From an uncultured Lentisphaeraceae bacterium (lineage in GTDB: Bacteria > Verrucomicrobiota > Kiritimatiellia > RFP12 > DVOR01), in NCBI GenBank assembly GCA_949282555.1, contig CASDPK010000008.1, positions 3,108 to 67,107 of the forward strand: a stretch of 64,000 nucleotides of DNA. The letters are read 5' to 3'. The position numbers and the translations under genes are program-made. Of this stretch, positions 1 to 9,281 are shown one piece after another (the stretch's first letter is position 1; every line of letters starts with the position of its first letter). The notes beneath the pieces were generated by a model, which did no database searches, was not told where the DNA came from, and saw only the letters and a program-made list of their open reading frames with translations.

Positions 1-237
1 CCTGAGCCGTTGCCGACGTCGTTTACCGTTACCGCGCCCGGTCTTGCCGAGCCGGAACCCGAGCCCGAGCCGATGCCGGTGGCTCCCGGCGATGGTTCGC
101 TGGAGTCCCTCATGGATGCGCTGGGCATGAATGCCGCACCCATGCCGCCGCCGCCCGCCGCAATGCCGAAGGTCGGCCGCAACGATCCTTGCCCCTGCGG
201 TTCGGGCAAGAAGTACAAGAACTGCTGCGGACGCTGA
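1..237 (+). CDS. secA: Preprotein translocase SecA, C-terminal fragment; the ORF enters from upstream of the window
   Basis: Frame 1 is open from base 1. The C-terminal motif [20 protein letters not shown] is the SecA zinc-binding tail ([14 protein letters not shown]), preceded by a Pro/Glu-rich linker. Confidence 0.8.
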   Translation, partial: PEPLPTSFTVTAPGLAEPEPEPEPMPVAPGDGSLESLMDALGMNAAPMPPPPAAMPKVGRNDPCPCGSGKKYKNCCGR

Positions 238-363
238 GCCGAAACAGACGGGAGGGCCGCTCCGAAAGGAGCGACGCCTTCCCGATGCCTCCCAAAGGTT
301 GCGGAGGCTCCATGCACCGGCGATGGGCTCGCGCGGTGATGCGAAAACGAGAGGAGTTCCCCC

Positions 364-2208
364 ATGGCAGACCCATCTTTCGGCGCTTCCGCTCCCCTGC
401 CTTCAGACAATGGCCTCGGTCTCGGGCGGCACACGTTTGTGCTGTTCGTTTCGGTGGTCTTCTCGGTGGTGCTTCACTTCGGGCTGATGTTTGCGTTTGG
501 CGATGTGGACGTCACGGAGGCCGATGCGGCCGAGGGGCGGCGCGCGCACGTGACCCCGGAGACGTTGCCTCCGGTCAGGATTGAAGCCTTTGTCGAACGG
601 ACGGAACTGGCCCGGGCCCCCGCGGATTCCGCGCCGGATGCCGCCAAAGCGGCGGAACGTTCCGCCGCGGCGCTCCCCGCCAAGGCGGAAACGGCCCCGC
701 TCCCTGCGCCCGTTTTGCCCGCGCCGCCCCAGCCGAAAGCCTCCGCGACGCCGGGCGAGGCCCTTGCGCCGCCGGCCTCCGCCTTGCCGACGTTGCCCGC
801 CTCCATGTTTCGGCAGGAAGTGGCGACGATCCCCGACACCGCTTTCACCCGAAAGGTGAATCCCGACCCGCGCTGGACGGTGGATGCCGCCATCCCGAAA
901 ATCCCCGACGCCCCCGATTTGGCCTCCTCTGTTGAACCCGCCGAGGGCGCGTGGGGTGGGGGAGAATTGCCCGGTGAATTGCCCCCGCTGGCCGATGGCG
1001 CGCTCGCGGCCGTCATAGAGCGGCTGACACCGGCGGATGATGCGGCCGTCGCTCCGCCGGCGCCAAAGGCCGTGACCGCCGCCACGGAGGCGGGGAAGGC
1101 TGGGGAAAAGGCGCTTGATGATTTGGCCGATCAGGCCGTGCGCTCGGCTTCACGCCCCGCGTTGGGGGAGCCTTCCGTGCCTTTCCGCCCGATTGATGAT
1201 CGCCTGAGCCTTGCGCTCAGCGTGTACGAAACGCCTTCCGATCCCGCGCACCGTTATTTCCGTTTGGACGTGTTGCGCCGGCCTGAGAGTTCCTTGCCCA
1301 TCATGCCGAAGGATGTGGTCTTCATCCAGGACATCTCCGGCTCCATCAAGGCTTGGCGTCTGCGTGCGTGCAAGGAGGCATTGAAGGCGGCCCTGTTCCG
1401 CACGTTGCGGGTTGGCGATCGGTTCAGCCTCTTTGCGTTTCGCGACAACACCCTCACGCCGGCGCGGGGGTGGCTTGCCTTTGATCCTGCCACCCGCCGT
1501 CGGGCCGAGACGTTCATTGAGTCGCTCCGTGCGCTCGGCAACACGGACCTTTTCCTGCTGCTTCAGGACCTTTTTGCGCTCCCCGCCGATCCCAAGCGGC
1601 CGCTGATCGCCGTGATCATCACCGACGGTGAGCCCACCACCGGCATCACGGAAACCACGCGCATCATTGGCGAGTTCTCCCGGTTGAATCAGGGCCGCAT
1701 TGCCGTTTATACCTTTGGCGTCAAATCGCGCGATCCTTACTTCTTGGATATGCTCTGCTATGCCAACCGCGGGGAAAACACCACGGCTTCCGGGGACCTT
1801 GAACGCCTCGCCGAGGAGCTCACGCCCGTCTTCGATTCCATTCGCAACCCCGTGATGAAGGATCTGTCGCTGACCTTCGACGCTCAGAGCGGAGGGGAGA
1901 TTCATCCTCGCCACCTCACCAACCTTTATGCCGACCGTACCCTCACCGTTTATGGTCGAGTGCCCAAGGCCACTCGGAGCGTCACCTGTCAGCTGCGCGG
2001 CGTCTCCGCCGAGGCCCCCTATGACGCCGTCTTTTCCTTCGATTTCGCCGAGGCCACGCCCTCTCGCCTCGATCTTCGCAAGGCGTGGGCCGAGCGCGCC
2101 ATGTTCGACCTGCTTGCTGAGTATGCCGAGAATCCCTCCGCCGCGCTCCTTGGGCGCATAGAGGCCTTCTCGAAGGCGTACGGCGTCCCCAATCCTTACC
2201 GCAAATAA
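364..2208 (+). CDS. Membrane-anchored von Willebrand factor A (vWA) domain protein
   Basis: N-terminal TM helix (FVLFVSVVFSVVLHFGLMFAFG), then a Pro/Ala-rich linker, then MIDAS-like DISGS...ITDGEPT and a vWA-type core. 614-aa ORF with high-GC codon usage. Confidence 0.75.
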   Translation: MADPSFGASAPLPSDNGLGLGRHTFVLFVSVVFSVVLHFGLMFAFGDVDVTEADAAEGRRAHVTPETLPPVRIEAFVERTELARAPADSAPDAAKAAERSAAALPAKAETAPLPAPVLPAPPQPKASATPGEALAPPASALPTLPASMFRQEVATIPDTAFTRKVNPDPRWTVDAAIPKIPDAPDLASSVEPAEGAWGGGELPGELPPLADGALAAVIERLTPADDAAVAPPAPKAVTAATEAGKAGEKALDDLADQAVRSASRPALGEPSVPFRPIDDRLSLALSVYETPSDPAHRYFRLDVLRRPESSLPIMPKDVVFIQDISGSIKAWRLRACKEALKAALFRTLRVGDRFSLFAFRDNTLTPARGWLAFDPATRRRAETFIESLRALGNTDLFLLLQDLFALPADPKRPLIAVIITDGEPTTGITETTRIIGEFSRLNQGRIAVYTFGVKSRDPYFLDMLCYANRGENTTASGDLERLAEELTPVFDSIRNPVMKDLSLTFDAQSGGEIHPRHLTNLYADRTLTVYGRVPKATRSVTCQLRGVSAEAPYDAVFSFDFAEATPSRLDLRKAWAERAMFDLLAEYAENPSAALLGRIEAFSKAYGVPNPYRK

Positions 2209-2258
2209 TCGGGCGTTTGGGCCGGTTGGGCCTTCCCCGCCTGTGGGCGACATCGCGA

Positions 2259-2289
2259 GGCTCCGTATCTCCCGCTGAGATACGGAGCC
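2259..2289. repeat. Perfect 13-bp-stem hairpin GGCTCCGTATCTC-ccgct-GAGATACGGAGCC carrying the GCTCCGTATCTCC core repeat
   Basis: The inverted repeat was read directly. The same 13-mer occurs again at 57978-57990, and with one mismatch in reverse orientation near 44300. Confidence 0.6.
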
Positions 2290-2443
2290 TGCGGTGCTGG
2301 GACCGCCTGTGTGTCTCCACGCCCCGGGGCTGCCTTCACCGTTTGGTTGCCGTTTCCTGTGAGGGTATGTTAGGATCCCCCCAGTGCTCGGGACGTGTTG
2401 CAGAGGGAACAGGTCTGCTTCCCGGGCGGAAGGAACAACGGTG

Positions 2444-3055
2444 ATGGATGTCGCGCGTAAGATTTTGGGATGTTCTTGTGCTGCCGGGTGTGCGTTGGCG
2501 CTGGTGGCGTTGGGAGTGGCCGTTGGCGTAGGGCTCTACTTTGGGGGGAGTCTCCTATTGGGCTTCATTGAGCATTCCGACAAACATGGGTCTTTGAATG
2601 AAGTGTTTCATTCCGAAGAACGTTTTTATTCCATTCGGGGAGATTGGGATTGCGCTCGCGTTCCATTGCGTTTCCCGTATTCATTGGTGACGCTGGATGA
2701 TGACGCTGGGATCACATTGGCCAAGCGAAACACCGTGCTTCTTGAACGTGTCGCTTCCATCGGGTACCAAGGCGGTTATTTCGCGGGTGTCGGATTCCCT
2801 TTGCAGGGTTCGTCCAATTCGGAGGTTCAGCATTGGTTTTTGATTTCTCCCAAGGGGGAATATTTGGCTTTTGATGACTTTGCTCGGTTCTCCGCGGCGC
2901 TTGATGACCGCCATCTTGTAATGTTTACGCTTTATCCTGCAGGCGACCTTCTGTATGTGTTCGGGCAGACGGGGGATTGTCGTCCCCTGTTCAGAATTGA
3001 GGATTTGAGGAAGCCCAAATCCGCCGAGGGTGACGGGAAGGCGTGTCGGCCATGA
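2444..3055 (+). CDS. Hypothetical membrane-anchored protein
   Basis: ATG at 2444 follows GGAAGGAACAACGGTG. N-terminal hydrophobic segment ALALVALGVAVGVGLYFGG. Lower-GC region, no recognisable domain. Confidence 0.45.
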   Translation: MDVARKILGCSCAAGCALALVALGVAVGVGLYFGGSLLLGFIEHSDKHGSLNEVFHSEERFYSIRGDWDCARVPLRFPYSLVTLDDDAGITLAKRNTVLLERVASIGYQGGYFAGVGFPLQGSSNSEVQHWFLISPKGEYLAFDDFARFSAALDDRHLVMFTLYPAGDLLYVFGQTGDCRPLFRIEDLRKPKSAEGDGKACRP

Positions 3056-3192
3056 TTGGGTTCCTCGTTGTTTCGCCTTTGATTGCGCTTTCGGCTTGTC
3101 TTTGCCTCTCACGTTTTTTGATGGACAAGTGGATTTAGGATTTGTGATCGAGTGAAGGCCATGCTGTTATCTTTTGTCAGAAAGGGGGCTTG

Positions 3193-3708
3193 ATGATGAA
3201 TCGTCTGGTTTATGCAGTCGTGGCGTTCGGTTTTGTTGGCATAAACATTGCCGTTGCGGTGTCTGGTTATGATGTGGATGAAGTAAGATGGTGTTCCCCA
3301 CGGTCGCGGACACCTAATGCAAAGCGGGATTGTGACATTACGGATCTTCGTTTGGTGGCGGATGGGCGTGTGAGTGCGCTCTTTTATAAGGTGGAGCCCA
3401 AGTGGCGAATCCCTTTTATCTCGGACGCTTCCGTCGTCGCGAAATTGACCTTTCATGAGATACGGTTTGATCCGGAGACGGAAAACCTCCTGGAAGAGCG
3501 TGAATTACCGACGTGTTTCACAGGCAACATCACTTCTGAGCTTGCGATCTATGAGCCTGCTGCCACGTGGCTAGGGGATTCCATCATTTGCTCTTATCTC
3601 TCCATGGATGAGGGCGAAGAGCTAGACCGCGCGTATGGCTGTTTTGTCCCGGCGCATAGGGGATCGCATGTCGTGTCACTCAAACGGGCTCCCAGCCAAT
3701 TCCAATGA
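3193..3708 (+). CDS. Hypothetical secreted protein
   Basis: ATGATG start after AAAGGGGG. Signal-peptide-like N-terminus MMNRLVYAVVAFGFVGINIAVAVSG. No recognisable domain. Confidence 0.45.
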   Translation: MMNRLVYAVVAFGFVGINIAVAVSGYDVDEVRWCSPRSRTPNAKRDCDITDLRLVADGRVSALFYKVEPKWRIPFISDASVVAKLTFHEIRFDPETENLLEERELPTCFTGNITSELAIYEPAATWLGDSIICSYLSMDEGEELDRAYGCFVPAHRGSHVVSLKRAPSQFQ

Positions 3709-3893
3709 TGACATGTGTCCCGATGGGATATGAAACGGACCGCCCAACCTTATTGTTCCCGCGGTATAGTCGTCGTGCGAATGCAGATTGGGGATTGGGG
3801 AAGGGCGCTGTCCCTCTGCCACATCCATCTTATCTTCTTCAGACTGGACGTGGGGAACGAAAGACGATTGTCCGTGATAGGATTGAGGGGACA

Positions 3894-4196
3894 ATGCAGT
3901 TACGGAGAAACATTTTGCGTGGGTTGTTCTTTTTTGGGCTTGGGGAAGAAAAGGGGACTTCGCGCCTTTTGTTCGTTTTTGAGGATCGGTTACAGGGAGG
4001 TCCTGGAACCGTGTGTGCCTACGACCTTGAGAAGCGTCAAGCCGAGCCCATCTCTCCCCCCATCAGAATGACGTTCCTTCCCCCATTCATGGAAGGAGAT
4101 GGGGGGGATGATGGGGGGGCGCGTACAATGACGCTTGCGTTGCCGCCAGAGGGAATGGGTGATAGGCTACATTATCTTGTCTATGTCTTAAAATAG
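3894..4196 (+). CDS. Questionable small hypothetical ORF in an ORF-poor low-GC segment
   Basis: Internal ATG of ORF 3705..4196 preceded by GAGGGGACA. Overlaps an alternative-frame ORF 3715..4071. Coding status is uncertain. Confidence 0.2.
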   Translation: MQLRRNILRGLFFFGLGEEKGTSRLLFVFEDRLQGGPGTVCAYDLEKRQAEPISPPIRMTFLPPFMEGDGGDDGGARTMTLALPPEGMGDRLHYLVYVLK

Positions 4197-4783
4197 GGGA
4201 CGGACTTCACGGCGTATTGTCTGCGCACGCCCAAGGATGCGAAAACCTTTCGTCTACCTCCGGAATTGACGTTTGTCTTTGGGGGGCGAGAGTGTTTCCA
4301 AACCCTTATCTTTCCCTTTGGGGAAGATGTTTATCTCTTTTCGATTGCTTATATTGCACGTCTTACCCCCGCGACCGCCTCTTGCACGATCCTTTACTCT
4401 CGCTCTCGCCCCTCCTCCTCTTACAGGAAAGATGGGCGTACATTCACGCTTGAGGAGGTGGGGCAAAAGTAGTTCCTATATGCGTAGGCTGGAGTAGGGC
4501 ATTTTGCTGAAGATGATGGGAAGCGTGGCCGGCCTTCCTGTTTCGATGTTTGTCGCAGTTTATCCATACGCCAGGCGATAACGTCGTGCGTGGCTCTTGT
4601 CATTGATTCTTCGCACGCACTCCATTGTTTGCCGTCTGTCCCGTGCCCAGTGTCGCCGGAACGGTGGCATGCGATCGCGGTCATTCATGGTCGGCTTGGT
4701 CGCTCTGCCGACAAGAGTAGGCAAGGGCGTAAGTGGTGAAAGAAGCCTTAGACTTAGAATGATAAAGGCTGTATGATAAAGCC

Positions 4784-7591
4784 ATGAAATGGATGTTTAT
4801 GATGTTGGGCCTGTTCCCGACGGTGTTGAGTGCGGTCACGGTGGCGACACCGCCTTATGTCTTTGAGTTGGATGATGGATTCCCACGCATACGGTCGGTT
4901 CAACGAGAGGGACGGAAGCTTCCTTTTGCCGCGCCAGCGGAGACGCCAGCGTTCCTCCTGAATGGCCATCCGCTTCCGGCCGCGAAGTGCTTTCAGGTGG
5001 ATGAGTCAACGGTGCGTTACACTCTTGGGCCGGTGACGTTGCGTGCGACGGCGAAAGCAGACGGCCTTCTGATTGCTTGCGAGCCGACAGAGGCCACGGG
5101 AGCGTTGTCCTTCTCTGGAGTGGGGCTCTCAACATCGGATGCGAAGGCGCGTTTTATTTGGACGCGCATGAAGCCGATGACCGATTCCCCCGATCATGAA
5201 GGGACGCTTTCTTCTGCACCTTTTTCGGAAGCCTGCAATTATGCGGCGGTCTGGACGCCTGAGGCAGGGGTGATGCTTATCACGAATGGTCTCAATGAGC
5301 GGGAACGGGTGCGCCTTGCGGGCGATGGAAAGGCATTGGCGTTTCATCTGCCGACGTTTACTTTGGCGGGGGATGTGCCGCCTCCGGCGTGGCAATGGGT
5401 TTTTGCGCCTGCTGACCCGCGATTGGCGGCGGAGAACGGTTGGCAGGCGGTTGCCCGTGCGGCGCGGAGGAGGTTGCCTAAGCCTTTCGGGGCGGAGCGC
5501 ACACGTGACATTGTCACCTCGCAGATCGCCATCAATTTCGCAAATCTCACGCAGAATCCCTTTTTGCGTGTGCTCGACGCGGTGAAGCGTGCCGCGTTGG
5601 CCACGGATGGCTTGCCGCAGGAACTCTTGCTGAAGGGATATCAGGGCGGTGGGCACGATTCGTCGCATCCCGATGTGGCGGCGGAGAACCGTCAGGCGGG
5701 AGGTGCCCGTGACATGAACCTACTCATCGAGAAGGCCAAGGCCTATCATGTCTCGGTGGGGGTGCACATGAATTGCACGGAGGCGTATCCAGAGTCGCGC
5801 CATTTTACGGCGCCTTATGTGACGAAGCGGCCAGCGTGGCGGTGGCTTGATCAAGCATGGAAAATCGACAAGGAATTGGATATTCGCTCAGGGGCGCTGT
5901 TTGCGCGTATTGACGAATTGACGTCCCTCTATCCCGGGCTTGGCTTTGTGTATGTGGACGCGTATCAAGACGTGGGCTATGCCCCGTTGAAAATCGCCGA
6001 GTATCTCAACGCCAAAGGGTTGCGCGTGTGGACGGAGTTCGATACGGCGATGGATGCTGTGACGGTGGCCTCGCATGGCCGTGGACGCATAAAAGGGCGG
6101 TTGGTGCGTTTCCTTTGGAACGCCGAGCGCGATATTTTCCGACACGATGCATTGTTGCCTGCGGCCAATCATGACGGCTTTTTAGGCTGGGATTGCGAGC
6201 GGGATTTCAACGCGTTCGTCCGCAATGCGTTTACGCGTTGTTTGCCCGCGAAGTATCTCCAAGGTTTTGACCTTCTGCGTTGGGAAAAGGACCGTGCCGT
6301 CTTCGATGGCCCCGTTTCCGATCGACAGGTAGATGGTTCGGTGCGTATCGTGAACGACGGATTGGAGATTTACCGTGCCACATCGAAGGGGAAGGTGACT
6401 GTGGCGATCCCATGGCCGGCGCGTAAGCCTACGCGACTCTATCTTCGTTCGGATACGGCTGCTCGTGTGGAAGGCCCGCTCCCCAAGGAGTTGGCGGAGG
6501 GTTTGCCGTTACGCCTCTGGCGTGTGACGGATCAGGGCCGTGTGGCATTGCTTTTGCCCGAACGTGCGCTGACGGGGGGACGTTTCATGCTTGACCTCCC
6601 GGCGGGCGAGGTATGGGTGCTTGATGCGAATCCCTCCACGCTTCCTGCCGATCCGATGTGGGGGGAAGGGTATCCGCTTCGTGAGCCAGGGTTTGAGACT
6701 CGGAGTTTTGCCCATTGGAAGAAAATAAAAGGGACGTGCGATATCGCCGATGATTCTTCGGGCAATCCGCGTCTCATCCTTGCCGGGGGTGCCGTGCGCC
6801 AAGAAACCGATGAGCTTCCAATCGGCGTTTACGACGTCTCGGCGTGGGTAAATGCCCGAGGACGCTTTATCCTCACGGCCGCGTCACCCGCGGGAATCGC
6901 CTCAGCCACATTGCGCGAGTCTGTCCCCAATCGTGACAATTCCGCCTGTGGCGGTTCCATACGCTTTAATACGCCTTGGCAACGCGTCCGAGCTCGGGTT
7001 ACGCTTGTGGCTCCCTCGCGACTCTCCCTCACGCTCGCGGGGGATGATGCAGAGGTGGATGACGTACGCATCGTGAAAGTTTCTCCTTCTCCGATCCCCG
7101 AAGGTGCGCTATGGGCGGAAGATTTTGAAGATTGCGACCAAGGTTGGGGGCCTTTTGTTTATGCCGTACCGAAAGGTGGACAACTTTTCACCCATCTTTC
7201 CGAAGCCAATCCGATCGACCGTTCACTCACCCCTGATGTTTTGTATGGGCGGTTCTCGCTGAAAACTTGGCGTGAACCCGTTGGCCCCATTCTCCGGACG
7301 CACGAAGGCCTCCTCCCTCTCCCCGAGGGTCGGCATCTCGTTTTTACTGCTGACGTGGCGCTTGATCATTCGGGTTATGCCCTGAATCTTTGTGATGGTT
7401 CGGGAAAAGTCCTTGCCACACAGGAAATTCCTGAGGGTAAGGGTGTTTTTCGGTTTGCTTTTGAGACTCCTGCAACGCCCGGAGCCTATCTTCGCCTTGA
7501 TAAACTTTCCAAGAATGCCGGAACCCTTCTTCTTGATAACCTCGTCCTTTGGGATGGAAGGGATTACTGCACTGCAAGTGACGAAAACTAA
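4784..7591 (+). CDS. Large secreted protein, putative glycoside hydrolase, with TIM-barrel-like central region and C-terminal beta-sandwich-like domains
   Basis: Signal peptide MKWMFMMLGLFPTVLSAVTVA. Central block LLKGYQGGGHDSSHPDVAAEN...HVSVGVHMNCTEAY...VYVDAYQD resembles endo-acting carbohydrate hydrolases, but family assignment was not possible by eye. Confidence 0.5.
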   Translation: MKWMFMMLGLFPTVLSAVTVATPPYVFELDDGFPRIRSVQREGRKLPFAAPAETPAFLLNGHPLPAAKCFQVDESTVRYTLGPVTLRATAKADGLLIACEPTEATGALSFSGVGLSTSDAKARFIWTRMKPMTDSPDHEGTLSSAPFSEACNYAAVWTPEAGVMLITNGLNERERVRLAGDGKALAFHLPTFTLAGDVPPPAWQWVFAPADPRLAAENGWQAVARAARRRLPKPFGAERTRDIVTSQIAINFANLTQNPFLRVLDAVKRAALATDGLPQELLLKGYQGGGHDSSHPDVAAENRQAGGARDMNLLIEKAKAYHVSVGVHMNCTEAYPESRHFTAPYVTKRPAWRWLDQAWKIDKELDIRSGALFARIDELTSLYPGLGFVYVDAYQDVGYAPLKIAEYLNAKGLRVWTEFDTAMDAVTVASHGRGRIKGRLVRFLWNAERDIFRHDALLPAANHDGFLGWDCERDFNAFVRNAFTRCLPAKYLQGFDLLRWEKDRAVFDGPVSDRQVDGSVRIVNDGLEIYRATSKGKVTVAIPWPARKPTRLYLRSDTAARVEGPLPKELAEGLPLRLWRVTDQGRVALLLPERALTGGRFMLDLPAGEVWVLDANPSTLPADPMWGEGYPLREPGFETRSFAHWKKIKGTCDIADDSSGNPRLILAGGAVRQETDELPIGVYDVSAWVNARGRFILTAASPAGIASATLRESVPNRDNSACGGSIRFNTPWQRVRARVTLVAPSRLSLTLAGDDAEVDDVRIVKVSPSPIPEGALWAEDFEDCDQGWGPFVYAVPKGGQLFTHLSEANPIDRSLTPDVLYGRFSLKTWREPVGPILRTHEGLLPLPEGRHLVFTADVALDHSGYALNLCDGSGKVLATQEIPEGKGVFRFAFETPATPGAYLRLDKLSKNAGTLLLDNLVLWDGRDYCTASDEN

Positions 7592-8100
7592 TCGGACTCC
7601 CACTTACAAGTCAATTGGGTCAGCCGTTTAGGATGACAGAAGTGCGACAACGTGTGTGGCCGGAAAATACCGTTCAGGAGGTGCTGCATGTGCTTGACTT
7701 GGGCGGGGAGATACATGGGAGAAATCCGTGTTCTCGGGAAACCAAAATCGTGAGGGACCGTTGGCGTGTTCGATGGAGCCTGTCTCCCGAGCGTTTTTCG
7801 GTGCTGCGGCTTTTCGGCAAATGGATAGCTTTGCGCACACTGCGCTTCGGTCGGGTTCGCGTGGACGATAACGCAACCGTCCGTACGATAACCGATGGCA
7901 TCGCGCAACTGCCCTTATCGAAAACGCCTTAGACCCTCGCTTGACGTTGGCATTCCACAATTGTTCCGATGCTTGCCATCCTCTGGGTGCCTTCCTTTTC
8001 TTGTCTGCCCTTGACCCACCATATTGTGTGACTTGTCCGGCTCGAAGGGCGTGGTTGGGTCGCAAAGTGAGAGAGGTGTTTGTGGTATACTATCGTTGCC

Positions 8101-9264
8101 ATGAGAACGATTGAGCAACGGTTTACCGTTTCGTATGCTTATCCGGTGATTTTCCTCAGGGATCTGTTCGCCCCGGAGTGTGAGGTCCTTGCGGAGCTGT
8201 TGGCGCGAGACCCGACGTCGCCCGCGCCCCATCGCGTTTTGGTCGTGATGGATCGAGGGGTCGATGAGGCGCATCCGGAACTGTCGCGGCGGGTGACGGA
8301 ATGGCTCTCGGCGCGGCGTGAGCGGATTGAGCTGGTGGTGCCGATCGAGTACTTGCCGGGCAGCGAGTTCGCCAAGCGGCACGATGGCATGGCCGAACGT
8401 TTGGTGAAGCTGGCGTATCAGACGCATTTCGGACGGAAAGACACGTTTGTGGTGATCGGCGGCGGGGCGGTGCAGGACGTGGTGGGTTATGCCGCGGGAA
8501 TCGTCCATCGAGGGTGCCGCGTCATCCGCGTGAACACGACCACGCTGGCACAGGCGGATGCCGGCGTGGGCGTGAAGAATGGCGTGGATTACGGGGCGTG
8601 CAAGAACTTTTTGGGGACATTCGCGCCGCCTTTTGCCGTGGTGAACGACGCAACGTTCCTCCCCACGTTGTCGGATAAGGATTGGCGCAACGGCATTGCG
8701 GAGGCGGTCAAGGTCGCCACCATCAAGGATGCGGCCTTCTTGGCCTGGCTGGAGGCCAATGCCGACGCTCTGCGCACGCGTGATTTGGAGGCGATGGCGG
8801 AGATGGTGGAGCGCACGGCCGCGCTGCACTTGGCGCACATTGCGGGCTCTGGAGATCCCTTTGAACAGGGCTCTGCGCGGCCATTGGATTTTGGGCATTG
8901 GTGCGCGCACCGGTTGGAGGCCATGACGTGTTACCAGCTCTCGCATGGTGAGGCCGTGGCCGTGGGGGTGGCGCTGGACACGGTGTACGCTTCCTTGGCG
9001 GGACTGATCACGCCGCCGGAGTGCACACGGGTGGTGGCGTTGCTGCGCGATTGCGGCCTGCGCGTCTGGAGCGATGAGCTTGCCTTGCGGGGAACGGATG
9101 GGCATCTTGCGGTGCTGGAGGGCTTGCGGCAGTTTCGTGAGCATTTGGGCGGGGTGTTGTGCGTGACGTTCCCCCAAGGCCTCGGCGCGAAAACTGAGTT
9201 GAACGCCATTGACGAACGTCTGCTTGAACGCGCGGTGACGCTGCTGCGCGAGCGTTACGCGTAA
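8101..9264 (+). CDS. 3-dehydroquinate synthase family protein (sugar-phosphate cyclase superfamily)
   Basis: Motifs VVIGGGAVQDVVGYAAG, RVNTTTLAQADAGVGVKNGV and LSHGEAVAVGVALD match the DHQS NAD-binding, Gly-rich and metal-binding His blocks. ATG 8101 was chosen over the upstream TTG 8080 because of the AroB-like N-terminus. Confidence 0.7.
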   Translation: MRTIEQRFTVSYAYPVIFLRDLFAPECEVLAELLARDPTSPAPHRVLVVMDRGVDEAHPELSRRVTEWLSARRERIELVVPIEYLPGSEFAKRHDGMAERLVKLAYQTHFGRKDTFVVIGGGAVQDVVGYAAGIVHRGCRVIRVNTTTLAQADAGVGVKNGVDYGACKNFLGTFAPPFAVVNDATFLPTLSDKDWRNGIAEAVKVATIKDAAFLAWLEANADALRTRDLEAMAEMVERTAALHLAHIAGSGDPFEQGSARPLDFGHWCAHRLEAMTCYQLSHGEAVAVGVALDTVYASLAGLITPPECTRVVALLRDCGLRVWSDELALRGTDGHLAVLEGLRQFREHLGGVLCVTFPQGLGAKTELNAIDERLLERAVTLLRERYA

Positions 9265-9281
9265 TACGGAGGAAGTTTTCC

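Noticed and set aside
7915-9177. 420-aa ORF on the minus strand opposite the DHQS-family gene
   Set aside because: It is a high-GC shadow ORF that is Arg/His/Pro-rich, whereas the plus-strand ORF has clear DHQS motifs.
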